Shown: one piece after another, positions 8,753 through 17,994 of the stretch
Position numbering within the stretch: the stretch's first letter is position 1
Layout of the letters: each line of letters starts with the position of its first letter
IMG/VR virus record: IMGVR_UViG_3300043548_000722
Coordinates: 1 to 64,000 of that record
Length of the DNA: 64,000 bases
DNA from: a virus
Direction: 5' to 3' (one strand)
Made by a program: the position numbers and the translations under genes
Notes under the pieces: model-generated
Databases searched by the model: none
What the model saw: the letters and a program-made list of their open reading frames with translations, nothing else
Told to the model about the DNA's origin: nothing

Positions 8753-9733
8753 TCAGATGTTGTAGCCGGCCATGCGGAGAAGCTGGACTGCGCGGGCGTC
8801 GACAAACGCCGACGACTGCTTCTCAGCCTCAGAAGGAGCCTCTTCCGCAGGCGCCTGCATGGCCTGCAAACGAGCCTTGCGGCGATCGTACAGCTTCTTG
8901 CCGCCGTAGACGCCCGCAGCCGTCAAGCCGGTGGCGCCTAAGCCGAGACCGATCTTCTTGCCGAGGCCCATCGACGAGGGGGCAGCCTTGGCGGCATCCG
9001 CCACTGCATCCGCCGCATCGGCTGCGGCGGCTGCCTCTTCGGCAACCTTCATGCCGACGTCAAAGCCGTAGACACTCGCGATCTTGACCAGTGCCGCAAG
9101 GTTTAGTGCAGACGACTGCTTCTCAGCTTCAGAGGATGTTTCCTCAGCATCAGCCTGCATAGCAGCTTTGCGCGCCTTGCGGCGATCGTACAGCTTCTTG
9201 CCGCCGTAGACGCCCGCGGCCGTCAAGCCGGTGGCGCCTAAGCCGAGACCGATCTTCTTGCCGAGGCCCATAGGAGGCTTTTCTGCGATCTTCTGGATCT
9301 CATCGGCATATGCACGAGCCATGTGACGACCAAGAATCTCTGCTTCAGCGAGCTTCTCGTGTGCATCCTGGACCATGGCCTCCTTGTCCTGACCCTCAGC
9401 CTCTGCAAGCTGTTCCGGGAGAACATTCTCGACGTAGTGATTGAAGAGCTGAGCCAGCTCTGCATCACTCATGTCGTCTAGATCGATGCCTTCGGCAGAA
9501 GCGGTCTTTTCGAAGAGGTCGATAACTTCGTTGTTCATGGCAGATGCCTCTTTGGTGGACGGGGCGGAACGGGAAACGAACTGGTTGAATAGAGATGTGA
9601 CCTGTGTTTCGCTCAGATCATCGAGGTTTACACCCTCGGCGGCGGCGGCTTTCTCAAAAAGGCGAACAGAAGCTGCTTTTTCGAGATCTTCTGCCGTGAT
9701 GCCCCGGGTTTGTAGTTCTGCGAGTAGAGACAC
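8753..9733 (-). CDS. KxAS-rich head-region protein with a duplicated glycine-zipper module
   Basis: 326 aa; KAAS, KEAS, KTAS, KIAS, two EKQSS; two copies of MGLGKKIGLGLGATGLTAAGVYGGKKLYDRRKAR. Confidence 0.75.
   Translation of the reverse strand: MSLLAELQTRGITAEDLEKAASVRLFEKAAAAEGVNLDDLSETQVTSLFNQFVSRSAPSTKEASAMNNEVIDLFEKTASAEGIDLDDMSDAELAQLFNHYVENVLPEQLAEAEGQDKEAMVQDAHEKLAEAEILGRHMARAYADEIQKIAEKPPMGLGKKIGLGLGATGLTAAGVYGGKKLYDRRKARKAAMQADAEETSSEAEKQSSALNLAALVKIASVYGFDVGMKVAEEAAAAADAADAVADAAKAAPSSMGLGKKIGLGLGATGLTAAGVYGGKKLYDRRKARLQAMQAPAEEAPSEAEKQSSAFVDARAVQLLRMAGYNI
8811..9271. repeat. internal direct repeat, 300-nt period
   Basis: 8874..8971 matches 9174..9271 (98 nt, one mismatch); 8811..8827 equals 9111..9127. 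Confidence 0.95.
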
Positions 9734-9743
9734 GGGATCCTCG

Positions 9744-11639
9744 CTAGGTGTGAATAGAGGGGGCGTCTTCGGGAGTGGATCCCTCAGCCTCGTGAGCCAA
9801 TCCTAATCTAAGACCGGGCCAGTAGGCAACATGCAGCATGATGTTTGATAGCGCAATCGCATCATCTGCAATTTTTACATCGTCTTCGATCCGGGGCGCG
9901 AAGGCTCCTGGGACCGATACGGCACTCAAGTCAGGCTTATTATCGATCAAGCCCAGTCTGTACGCGTTGTAGAGATCCGCGATCTCCTCTAATCCGTCTA
10001 CTTCTTCCGGTTCCTCTATCGGAGGCGGGGACACTCGGATCACCATGCGAGCGCGCATGGCTGATGGTGCAAAAGACCGGCCTTGAAGAAGCGGGCTGAG
10101 TAGATTGATCATCGCGCTCATCGCATCCTCCGGAACAAAGGAGGCTGCATTGAAGGGAGATGATGACATACGAATAGGACGCTGTGCGAAGACCTGATTG
10201 TTTTTGTATAGATCGTCCGCTAAATCTGGGTCCTTGCGAACGATCATCACCCGCATGAACTCGCGCGGGCGGAGAACGACCCCAAGCCTTGCTGCCGCGC
10301 GAAGATTGGGTCCAGGGTTCTCTGCAATCGCATCGAGCACATCGCGAGGAAGCTCAGGTAGGCACATCTCCTCTTTGCGCACCAAACTCATCTGAGATGC
10401 AGAGGGAGCAGGGATGCGCTTTAGCATCTCTGCAACTTTGGAAAACGAAGCAACCTTCACACCGAACAAATCGTCAACACGATTATTGAAAAGAATCTTC
10501 AGATGTGTGATCTGCGAAGGGAGGACTCCGTATCTCCTTTGGAAAACTCTATTAGAAACCTCTTTCCACAAGTTAAACTCTGCTGAAGTCAGCGTTCCCT
10601 GTACCAGGCGCTCCTCTGCCAGCCTCTCCTGCATGTAATAGCGGAGAGCCTCTCTCTCCAACGAGGATGACGTTGGAATGGTGGACAGCGCGTGCGACAG
10701 TCTTTCTTCAAGGACGTGGTCCGGGATCTGAGGAGCTTCCGGCGCAGGAGCACTCGCTGTCTTCACGACAATAGGCTGAAAGGGGTAAATCGTCTGCGAG
10801 TACGCGTTTTGCCCACGCACCAGCGGGGTTACGTTGGACATCAACTTTGCGGAACGCTCGGCTCCGACAAACACGAAAGAGTCATCAAAGAATCTTGGAT
10901 AGTCATTGTAGACGCCGCAGACCCGGCCATCGGGCAGCATCGCCTTCATGCCATACGGAGGAGGGGCACCCCGCTGGACGTGCTTGCAGTATTCCATCGG
11001 CGTACGCGCAATGTGCCCGCAAATCGAGCATCGATCGTAGGGGACCTTGCTGCCCATACTCGAGTCTGGAAACTCTCCGGCCTCGATTCGAGAGTAAAGA
11101 TCCATGGCGCCCTGCTGAGCACACATCTCTCGAATCAACTCGGACACTAGGATGACGCGCTTCATGCGGTCGTCCCAGAATGCACCTAAGATGAAGCCGT
11201 ATGCTCTATTGGGATCTTTGTTGATATGATGCCGGAAGCGGTGCGCGTTATAGAACGTCGGGTAGCCCCAGGTGAGAGATCCCCACTGTGGGAGGGCTTC
11301 TGTTTGGTTTGCAGCGCGCCTTCGGGCGTCGATGTCCCACACGGGAATCTGCTCAAAACCCGGAGGTGTCCGGCGCAGCCCCGCCTCGGTGAACCAGTCT
11401 CCGCGTAGGTTGAACCCTACGCACTCGCCTGCCCCTAACGCCGAGTTGACCAGATAGAGACGACCAGGCTGGGCCTGGATCGACTCAATCAGCTCAATCA
11501 CTTCGGGAAGGTGCTCTCCAGAGGCAGTCTTCGCAAGTCCATCTGTCTCGGATAGTCCATACGACGAGCCGGGCTCTACTCTGTGGATCAGAGGAGAGCC
11601 GGACTCAGACTTTCCAGAAAACAGCGAGTACTTTTCCAT
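9744..11639 (-). CDS. prohead maturation protease (HK97/assemblin-like) with Zn-finger insert and C-terminal extension
   Basis: HRFRHHINKD (candidate His), GFILGA, SSMGSKV (candidate Ser), CSICG...CKH insert, FFDDSFVFVGAE; upstream of scaffold and MCP. Confidence 0.7.
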   Translation of the reverse strand: MEKYSLFSGKSESGSPLIHRVEPGSSYGLSETDGLAKTASGEHLPEVIELIESIQAQPGRLYLVNSALGAGECVGFNLRGDWFTEAGLRRTPPGFEQIPVWDIDARRRAANQTEALPQWGSLTWGYPTFYNAHRFRHHINKDPNRAYGFILGAFWDDRMKRVILVSELIREMCAQQGAMDLYSRIEAGEFPDSSMGSKVPYDRCSICGHIARTPMEYCKHVQRGAPPPYGMKAMLPDGRVCGVYNDYPRFFDDSFVFVGAERSAKLMSNVTPLVRGQNAYSQTIYPFQPIVVKTASAPAPEAPQIPDHVLEERLSHALSTIPTSSSLEREALRYYMQERLAEERLVQGTLTSAEFNLWKEVSNRVFQRRYGVLPSQITHLKILFNNRVDDLFGVKVASFSKVAEMLKRIPAPSASQMSLVRKEEMCLPELPRDVLDAIAENPGPNLRAAARLGVVLRPREFMRVMIVRKDPDLADDLYKNNQVFAQRPIRMSSSPFNAASFVPEDAMSAMINLLSPLLQGRSFAPSAMRARMVIRVSPPPIEEPEEVDGLEEIADLYNAYRLGLIDNKPDLSAVSVPGAFAPRIEDDVKIADDAIALSNIMLHVAYWPGLRLGLAHEAEGSTPEDAPSIHT

Positions 11640-12184
11640 TACGGGGCGAGCATTGCAGAGAGTGGCATGGCAGTGCTCTTGGCGCCGGCCTGTCTTGCGG
11701 CATCGACAGCGGGATTTCCTCTCGATTGGATGCTCTGAAGAAGAGCAGGGTCGAACCGCGGCGGGCTTGTCGGGTCGTCTGGATCCATACGGTTTGTCAT
11801 AACCATATCTAGAATCGTACCGGCAATAAGCGGATCTTTAGAATATTCTGGGTTAACACTTCTCAGAGTCTTAAACGCCATGCGGAGATTCGGATCCTCA
11901 GGCGATCCCAGCTGCGGATTAACTGCGACAACCCTGCGTAGGTCTCGGTTAAACATTAGTGCAGATTCCGCACTCTGTAAAGCTTCCGGTATCTGAGCAC
12001 CAGCGTACGAGAGCGTCGGAGCTGCTACAAGTAGCCCGCCAAGACTGGCCAGAGACTGTGGACTAATATTGAGGGCGGTCTTGCTCATGTCAGACGCCAT
12101 CTTCTCCAGTCCCAGAAGTTCCGAATGACTCAGCTCTCCGCGCGCATAGGCAGCGTACGCTTCTGTAGGAACTCGAACTGTCAT
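11639..12184 (-). CDS. KxA-motif protein with a hydrophobic segment
   Basis: 181 aa; LEKMASDMSKTA followed by LASLGGLLVAAPTLSYAG. Confidence 0.65.
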   Translation of the reverse strand: MTVRVPTEAYAAYARGELSHSELLGLEKMASDMSKTALNISPQSLASLGGLLVAAPTLSYAGAQIPEALQSAESALMFNRDLRRVVAVNPQLGSPEDPNLRMAFKTLRSVNPEYSKDPLIAGTILDMVMTNRMDPDDPTSPPRFDPALLQSIQSRGNPAVDAARQAGAKSTAMPLSAMLAP

Positions 12185-13299
12185 TCTCCACCCCCGTCGT
12201 CAATTAGGGTTGACTTTTTGGACTTCTGCCGGACCTTATAAACACCATATGCCGCAGCTACTGGTAAACCTGCCCCGACAACGTATTTTAAGGCAGTAGA
12301 GGGAGACTTTGCAACCATCTTCCCTATCATCATTGCACCGCGAACAGCAGCAGCTGGAGCCTTACTCACAATCTTGCCTAGCCCAGCCGTCTTTTCACCA
12401 AACAGAGACTCTGTCAGTGCCTTGTTTGCATACTCAAGATCGGCCTGAATATCGCGCAACGCGATCTCAAGGTGAATGTGCCGCTCCTCCACCGCCGCCA
12501 CCTTTGAGAATGAGGCAGGAAGTGGGTGCGCCGGATTAATCTCTCCGAAGGACGCGGTCTTCGTCAGCCGAAGCCCAGCAGTCGTCCGCTCCTTTCCAAG
12601 CAGGTACGCCGAGAGATCTGATGCGACCTTGGTCGCGGTCTCCTGGGATGTGGAGCTCCAGTCTGTGCCCTCGAAGCAGGCATGAAGAACGTCCTCTACG
12701 GACACGCCGTCCTTCACTGCGGCGTAGGCCTCTTTGGATAGCTCGCGCCTCGCGGACATGATCTCCGTATCGAGCGATCTGAGTTCCGCAGTCACCGCGG
12801 CTGATGCCTCTTTCAAAGAGTCATGGATCTTCTTGAGATCATGAAGGCCCTGTGCCTGCGCAAACGGAGCACTGTAGTCGGTGTCCGACGCAGACTTCAT
12901 CAGCTCGTCAAAGGCATTAGCTGCTTTGAACTTCGGGAGTCTCGGCGCGGATGCAGATGCAGTTTTTTCTGTCATAACACCACCGGACAAAGAAGTTGCG
13001 CGCTTAGGCGCCGATGCGACCTTCTCCGCGCGAAGAACCTCGGCTGCGACTTCTGCATCCGGAGGGTCGAAGACGATGTACCGATCGGCGCTGGAAGCCT
13101 GCTTGTGCATCCGCTCGTAAGTGTCGTGGTACGTCATCTCGCAGATACGCCGAACATGCTCAGCTGTCAAGTTTGCGCCACAGGCACTTGCCTGCTTGAT
13201 TACGGCCTCTGTCAGCGGAGTACCTCTGGACAGGAAGTCCGAGGTCGCCGCATGAGCGAGACCTTGGAGATACTCTTTGGTGATCGGACTGCCGTACAT
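12181..13299 (-). CDS. KxAS-rich head-region protein (eight KxAS)
   Basis: Start reassigned to ATG 13299 to avoid overlapping the divergent HTH gene. KQAS x2, KVAS x2, KTAS x2, KSAS, KEAS; hydrophobic tail after GEKTA. Confidence 0.75.
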   Translation of the reverse strand: MYGSPITKEYLQGLAHAATSDFLSRGTPLTEAVIKQASACGANLTAEHVRRICEMTYHDTYERMHKQASSADRYIVFDPPDAEVAAEVLRAEKVASAPKRATSLSGGVMTEKTASASAPRLPKFKAANAFDELMKSASDTDYSAPFAQAQGLHDLKKIHDSLKEASAAVTAELRSLDTEIMSARRELSKEAYAAVKDGVSVEDVLHACFEGTDWSSTSQETATKVASDLSAYLLGKERTTAGLRLTKTASFGEINPAHPLPASFSKVAAVEERHIHLEIALRDIQADLEYANKALTESLFGEKTAGLGKIVSKAPAAAVRGAMMIGKMVAKSPSTALKYVVGAGLPVAAAYGVYKVRQKSKKSTLIDDGGGE

Positions 13300-13317
13300 C
13301 AGAAACCTGGAGTGGGA

Positions 13318-13989
13318 ATGAAGTACTCGATGAGTATAGCCGACGCGGGACGCGTCCTCGGCAAGACAGAGAGAACTATCCGAAACTACATCAAGACGGG
13401 ACAACTTACAAGTACTGGTAGCGGAAGATCTCGACTACTGGATCCAGAAGAAGTCCACGAGCTTCTTGCCGCCCCAAAAGGAGAGAGGATTACTGTAGCC
13501 GAGATCCGCACCCTTCGCGCAACAGTGCGGCGTCTTGAGTCCGAGGTTGCAGTCATCCAGCACATGCTGGACCTGCGGAACGAAAGTCTTGGAATGACGA
13601 GTCAGTACGCGAAGGAGCTTCACGCTGCCATGATCGAGCAGTATGGGCGCCCTGCTGGCAGTTACTCCACGACCGAGATGCGGGCATGGGCCGACATCTT
13701 TACACGGATGGATGAGGCCGATCTTCTGACATTCAGCGGTGCGGGGGCTGCATGGAAGATTCTACTTCGCCTGTGCGGACGGATGCTCTCTGAGGTGACC
13801 GCGCATCCAGACTACTCCACGTCTCTTGAGCTTCAGCAGATTCATCGTCTACTGGCAGATGGGCGGCGGAGGTTGAAGATCTCTATCTTCATCTACTTGG
13901 AAAGCTTGAGTGACTCGGCCACGGCATTAGAGCGTACCCTAAAAGAGGACGTGTTTGAGCGTCTAAAAAATGACCTAAAACAGTCATAA
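13318..13989 (+). CDS. HTH DNA-binding protein (excisionase/MerR-like HTH plus coiled coil)
   Basis: Track ORF 12823..13989; likely start 13318 (SD GGAG). MSIADAGRVLGKTERTIRNYIKTGQL is an HTH_17-like pattern. Confidence 0.75.
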   Translation: MKYSMSIADAGRVLGKTERTIRNYIKTGQLTSTGSGRSRLLDPEEVHELLAAPKGERITVAEIRTLRATVRRLESEVAVIQHMLDLRNESLGMTSQYAKELHAAMIEQYGRPAGSYSTTEMRAWADIFTRMDEADLLTFSGAGAAWKILLRLCGRMLSEVTAHPDYSTSLELQQIHRLLADGRRRLKISIFIYLESLSDSATALERTLKEDVFERLKNDLKQS

Positions 13990-13990
13990 C
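13983..13990 (+). promoter_or_regulatory. GTCATAA candidate promoter element
   Basis: GTCATAAC upstream of ORF 14012, with an A-tract about 14 nt upstream. Confidence 0.4.
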
Positions 13991-14011
13991 TCTACTGCAA
14001 GGAACGCTTAG

Positions 14012-14455
14012 ATGACAAAAGGACCCCCTATAAAAATTCAGGAACCGTTCTTCCTTGCCGTTCCAGATGATTCCACAATTGAAGAGCAGAAAACTCACAG
14101 CACTGTCGAGGTATACAGAATGTCTTCTGACATGAAGAACTACACTCAGTACTCGTTCATGATTGAGGAAAGCCTACAGCTTGGGCGCACCGGGAAGCGA
14201 CTGCTGCACGGCGCGGGAGCTGCCGGGGCGACGATCGGAATCGCCAAGTTTGGGGAGGTTTCTCAGATCCTTGAGAATCCGATCAAGTCGGCGCTGATCG
14301 CGGGTGCAACTGGCGTCGTGCTGACCGTCGTCGCAGATCACCTCATCCTGGACGCGACAGAGATGCGGAAGTTCTACGCAAAGAAGATCTCGGGCATGGA
14401 CCAGCAGCTGGTGAGCGAAATCGCCGTCATGCTGAGTCAGCGCAAGGCGATGTGA
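14012..14455 (+). CDS. hypothetical membrane protein
   Basis: Two hydrophobic segments; start is either 14012 (SD AAGGA) or 14120 (SD GAGG). Confidence 0.6.
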   Translation: MTKGPPIKIQEPFFLAVPDDSTIEEQKTHSTVEVYRMSSDMKNYTQYSFMIEESLQLGRTGKRLLHGAGAAGATIGIAKFGEVSQILENPIKSALIAGATGVVLTVVADHLILDATEMRKFYAKKISGMDQQLVSEIAVMLSQRKAM

Positions 14456-14463
14456 TGCGATTT

Positions 14464-14495
14464 ACTGACGCCCCGGCATCTGCCGGGGCGTCAGT
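14464..14495. terminator. perfect 15-bp inverted repeat between convergent genes
   Basis: ACTGACGCCCCGGCA-TC-TGCCGGGGCGTCAGT, overlapping the terminase stop codon. Confidence 0.7.
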
Positions 14496-16215
14496 CCTTA
14501 TCCAGTTCTCGATCAATTTTAGCACTTGGAACGAGAATATCGGGACGGGGGTTGTCGATCATCGAAGCCATGAAGCACAGCAACAGCGCATGAAAACTAT
14601 CATCGGTAGTATTTGGCGACTTCTTATACTCAGTCATGCGCGTTCTCTCGTTGTATTCCGAGAAGATGGCCAGCATGTCCGCTCCGTAAGGACTGCCGAA
14701 CTCGGACCACTTGGGGAACCGGAATACTGACCGTCGCTTGATGGCGTTGAAGATCGCGCTCATTACCTCCGAGCGATGGATGAGAAAGCGGCCCTTTGCA
14801 GAGTCGTAGTTCACGATCGTCTTGGGGGTTGAGTACTGATACCGCACCACGCGCTGTGATCCGTAGAGACGAAGAAGCTCGTCGTTCGGCCAGTAGCCTC
14901 CTCCATAGTCCACCCCGACTCGCGACACTTCGAAGGCGGCAAGCAGCTTCTTGATCTTGGAGATTTGCTCTTTCGGCTCCGCCTCCGCGCCAGTGAAGCG
15001 GTGAGCAAAGACGATACGAAAGAAGCCGTCGATGTAGGCCCCGATCATGATGATCGTGTATGAGTTGTTCGAGTCCTGTCCCCAGTCAATCCCGGCGTAG
15101 ACCTGCTTTCCTCTCAGCTTGGTCATGAATTCTTTTAGCTTGTCCGGTTTAAAAGAGAACTCTCCATCGCAACAAGCCTGAACATCTCCCTGCATCAGGG
15201 GTCGTTGGCCTGAGTCGAAGCTGGCCCCAAGCACCTCGTTGTAGAACTTGGCGCGCGGGTACTGGTTGTACTTGGTGAGAATGTTGCTCCACTCCAACCA
15301 CGGGACCATCAACTGTGGGATGCGGAAGCCCTCGAAGATGTCGAACTTCGGGTTGGGATTTCCTGTCTTGACCCACTGGGCAAGTGGGTGGTCCGGACGG
15401 ATGACCTCCCCGCATCGATCGCACGACAATCCTTTGATGCCAATGTTCCGTTCCCCAAGAATGTTCCAGTGCCAGGAGCCGGGATTGTTTGGAAGGCCGT
15501 GTCGGTCACAAGGAACCGCCCATTCGTTCTGAGTGGAGTACGCGTCCCAGTAGACCTGGATCGAGTTGTCCAAGCTCTTGGGGGTTCCGCTGTAAATGAA
15601 CCACTTGAATGGACTGTGGGACGCTGCCTCCTCGATGACTGGGATGTTGTCCAACAGGAGGTCCTGAAACTCGTCCATGCAAATGAGATCGGCGGACAGA
15701 CCGCGACAGCGGTCTGCGTTCAGAAACGCATACCTGAGCTTGATCTCGCTGCGATTGATCGCCTTCTTCTCAAAGACGTTGTCAGTGAGATGCATCGGGA
15801 ACCAGGTCTTCAGATCAGGACAAGTCTCCAGCGGCTCCTTGAGTCTCGTCTTGGAAAACTCCTTCGTCTGCTGGCTCGAAGGGGAGACGTAGAGAATGCG
15901 AAAGTGCGGAATGAGACACGCATAAGACAGCGTCTTGTTCCCGAGGGTCGTGCTCTTTTCCACCTGACGCCCGCACATCAAAAGGACGCGTGGAGCCTGG
16001 ATGTCGTAGATTTCCCGTAAGTATCTACGCTCGGCGAAAGAGAAGTTCTCCAATTGCCGCGTGTGCGGGTTGGGCATCATCATCGTCGTCTCGATGAACT
16101 GAGACGGCCGGACAGGGATCTGCGCGTCACGGATGTCCTGCTCACTCAGGCGGACCTGGTCCACAGTCGGCGGCGTGTAGTCCCAGGGACCGGACAGTGA
16201 GTTCAGAAAACTCAT
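14491..16215 (-). CDS. terL: terminase large subunit
   Basis: Walker A variant GRQVEKST, Walker B ICMDEFQD, SGTP coupling motif, nuclease GIDWG and DDSFHA, Zn ribbon. Start reassigned to 16215 (SD GGAG); track start is 16272. Confidence 0.92.
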   Translation of the reverse strand: MSFLNSLSGPWDYTPPTVDQVRLSEQDIRDAQIPVRPSQFIETTMMMPNPHTRQLENFSFAERRYLREIYDIQAPRVLLMCGRQVEKSTTLGNKTLSYACLIPHFRILYVSPSSQQTKEFSKTRLKEPLETCPDLKTWFPMHLTDNVFEKKAINRSEIKLRYAFLNADRCRGLSADLICMDEFQDLLLDNIPVIEEAASHSPFKWFIYSGTPKSLDNSIQVYWDAYSTQNEWAVPCDRHGLPNNPGSWHWNILGERNIGIKGLSCDRCGEVIRPDHPLAQWVKTGNPNPKFDIFEGFRIPQLMVPWLEWSNILTKYNQYPRAKFYNEVLGASFDSGQRPLMQGDVQACCDGEFSFKPDKLKEFMTKLRGKQVYAGIDWGQDSNNSYTIIMIGAYIDGFFRIVFAHRFTGAEAEPKEQISKIKKLLAAFEVSRVGVDYGGGYWPNDELLRLYGSQRVVRYQYSTPKTIVNYDSAKGRFLIHRSEVMSAIFNAIKRRSVFRFPKWSEFGSPYGADMLAIFSEYNERTRMTEYKKSPNTTDDSFHALLLCFMASMIDNPRPDILVPSAKIDRELDKD

Positions 16216-16224
16216 GATTTCTCC

Positions 16225-16232
16225 GTCATAAG
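16225..16232 (+). promoter_or_regulatory. GTCATAAG candidate promoter element
   Basis: AAAA-N14-GTCATAAG followed by hairpin TGCTCA-CGA-TGAGCA, upstream of ORF 16271. Confidence 0.5.
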
Positions 16233-16270
16233 AATTTTGCTCACGATGAGCATAAGGGGGTTTCGACATC

Positions 16271-16840
16271 ATGGCTATCGTCTCTGGTTATGAAGTTCGG
16301 CAGATTCGTGGAGAGGCCAGCTTCGCGCTGGTTCTCCACCTCCTCGATCTGAAGGCGCTGACGAGCGCGACCAGCATCCGCATGGTTTCCGAGGATGTCT
16401 CGGAGATCTTGCGTTTCCTCAAGAGCCGCGAGGATCGGTTCGGGGAAGAGATCAACGTCAAGTCCGCCCGGCCCCTGAAGCTGACGCTTCGGGGGAAAGA
16501 GCGGGTCGGAAAGGTGGCGGGTCACTCCGTCACCATCGATGAGTGGTTCGGGCTTCGGGCTTGGACGTGGCTCGACATGGAGGGGGAAGGCGGGCAGATC
16601 AACGTCCCCGTCCTCGTGGCGGAAGTCGGACTCCACGAGCTCAAGCCCGAGGAGGGAGAGTCCCTCCAGAAGATGTTCCGCGAGTACGTCGCGGGCACCC
16701 TCGCGGAACTCCGGACCACCCACCCGCTGCGCTCCGTCTGGCAGGTTACGCTGGACGGGCATGGACGATACATCTTCGACAGCGCACCCGCCGCTCAGTC
16801 TGCGGTGGGTGCCAATGGCGGTAAGGAGCTTCGAGCGTAG
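16271..16840 (+). CDS. hypothetical protein
   Basis: 189 aa, SD AAGGGGG, coding-like codon bias. Confidence 0.65.
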   Translation: MAIVSGYEVRQIRGEASFALVLHLLDLKALTSATSIRMVSEDVSEILRFLKSREDRFGEEINVKSARPLKLTLRGKERVGKVAGHSVTIDEWFGLRAWTWLDMEGEGGQINVPVLVAEVGLHELKPEEGESLQKMFREYVAGTLAELRTTHPLRSVWQVTLDGHGRYIFDSAPAAQSAVGANGGKELRA

Positions 16841-17093
16841 TCTGCTCGGAGACCTCTACGCCTGGGATCTGGTGCCGCAGGTGGACCCCCTCAAGTGGGT
16901 GTTCCACCTGCGGCTGTGTCGCCACATTACAAAAGAGGAGGTTCCTTTTTTTAGGTCCCTCCTCAAAGAGTGGTGTGAGGCAAACGACGCCATATACAAG
17001 AAGTCCCACTGGGATAAGTGGGACTTCAAGGCGGTGATCTTGATTAAGGGCTTAGGACCGATTCGCGAGAACGATCCGTTTCAAGCCTCTTGA
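16815..17093 (+). CDS. hypothetical protein
   Basis: C-terminal part of track ORF 16539..17093; probable start MAVRSFER at 16815. Confidence 0.5.
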   Translation: MAVRSFERSLLGDLYAWDLVPQVDPLKWVFHLRLCRHITKEEVPFFRSLLKEWCEANDAIYKKSHWDKWDFKAVILIKGLGPIRENDPFQAS

Positions 17094-17437
17094 AGACAGC
17101 GATCCACCAGATCGAGAAAATTCTCGGTGTAGTGACTGTAGTTGAAGAACGGCGACTCGCAGACTTTTTTAGCCCGCACTGCTAAGGACTCGAACTCTGG
17201 AACATAGGATGCGCTGAAGTCATCCGTCTTCCCAAAGTGCGCTTCGATGATTTCGGCCAGAAGGGCCTGGAAGTCCTTGTGCCGAACATTGAAGAACTGG
17301 TAGATCAAGTCGTCGTTCTTGACGACGATCACTGCTTTGAACTTCTTCCCTCGGTACTCCGCACGGGGAGGGAGGGAGACCTTGACTTCATGCCCCGGCT
17401 TTGAACGCTCGGGGTCTTCCATGAATGTGGGGATCAT
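17081..17437 (-). CDS. hypothetical protein
   Basis: Start coupled (TAATG) to the upstream stop at 17437. Confidence 0.6.
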   Translation of the reverse strand: MIPTFMEDPERSKPGHEVKVSLPPRAEYRGKKFKAVIVVKNDDLIYQFFNVRHKDFQALLAEIIEAHFGKTDDFSASYVPEFESLAVRAKKVCESPFFNYSHYTENFLDLVDRCLQEA

Positions 17438-17994
17438 TACCCAATGTCCGCGTAGAGTTTGAAGGTTCCGCCGGTGGCATTGTGCAGCACCAAGTTCGCC
17501 CAATTGGCAGCCACTGGGAACTCCATGGTGAACTTCTCACCGAGAGTGAGGAGCTGGTGTTTGATCACGTACTCCGCTACGTCAGCTTCGTACTTAGAGG
17601 ACGTGTAGTTCGGCGACACCAGCTGTCTGAACCAGTGACTAGCGGTCGTCAGATTGGGTGCGCCGAGATTTGAAAGCCGAAGGTTGAGGTGCAGATCCTG
17701 GGTCGGTGCTGCAACCACCTCAATGCCAAGAATGATTCTCTCAGCATTTGCGACATTGATGGCCGACGAGACATGACCAGCCGCTAGCGCAGCGGCGTAG
17801 TTTGCGGAGTTCCCCGACCCATTGTAGATCGGAGTGGTTCCGCGATCGCGCGTCGCATCATTGAAGAAGATCGAGATCCAACCGCTGCTGTTTCCATAGT
17901 AATCAGGACCGGCCCATCCTGGAATACTGTTGGCTTCCATGAATTCAATGAGTTGGTTCTCGTCACGAACTGTCTTAGAGCGAAGAACAGGCAT
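17437..17994 (-). CDS. hypothetical protein (possibly structural, beta-rich)
   Basis: 185 aa ORF coupled on both sides. Confidence 0.6.
   Translation of the reverse strand: MPVLRSKTVRDENQLIEFMEANSIPGWAGPDYYGNSSGWISIFFNDATRDRGTTPIYNGSGNSANYAAALAAGHVSSAINVANAERIILGIEVVAAPTQDLHLNLRLSNLGAPNLTTASHWFRQLVSPNYTSSKYEADVAEYVIKHQLLTLGEKFTMEFPVAANWANLVLHNATGGTFKLYADIG

Noticed and set aside
7381-9271. Repeats as a CRISPR array or a DGR template/variable pair
   Set aside because: They are in-frame two-copy coding duplications, with no adenine-specific mismatch pattern and no reverse transcriptase in the window.
7172-12190. Shared C-terminal GGE in two proteins as a signal
   Set aside because: More simply explained by purine-rich SD-like sequence overlapping the gene ends.
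12823-13317. N-terminal extension of the HTH ORF overlapping the minus-strand KxAS gene
   Set aside because: Internal starts (13318 plus with SD, 13299 minus) remove the overlap, and the extension looks non-protein-like.
13318-13989. Prophage excision module
   Set aside because: Only an excisionase-like HTH is present; no integrase or att-like boundary is visible in the window.
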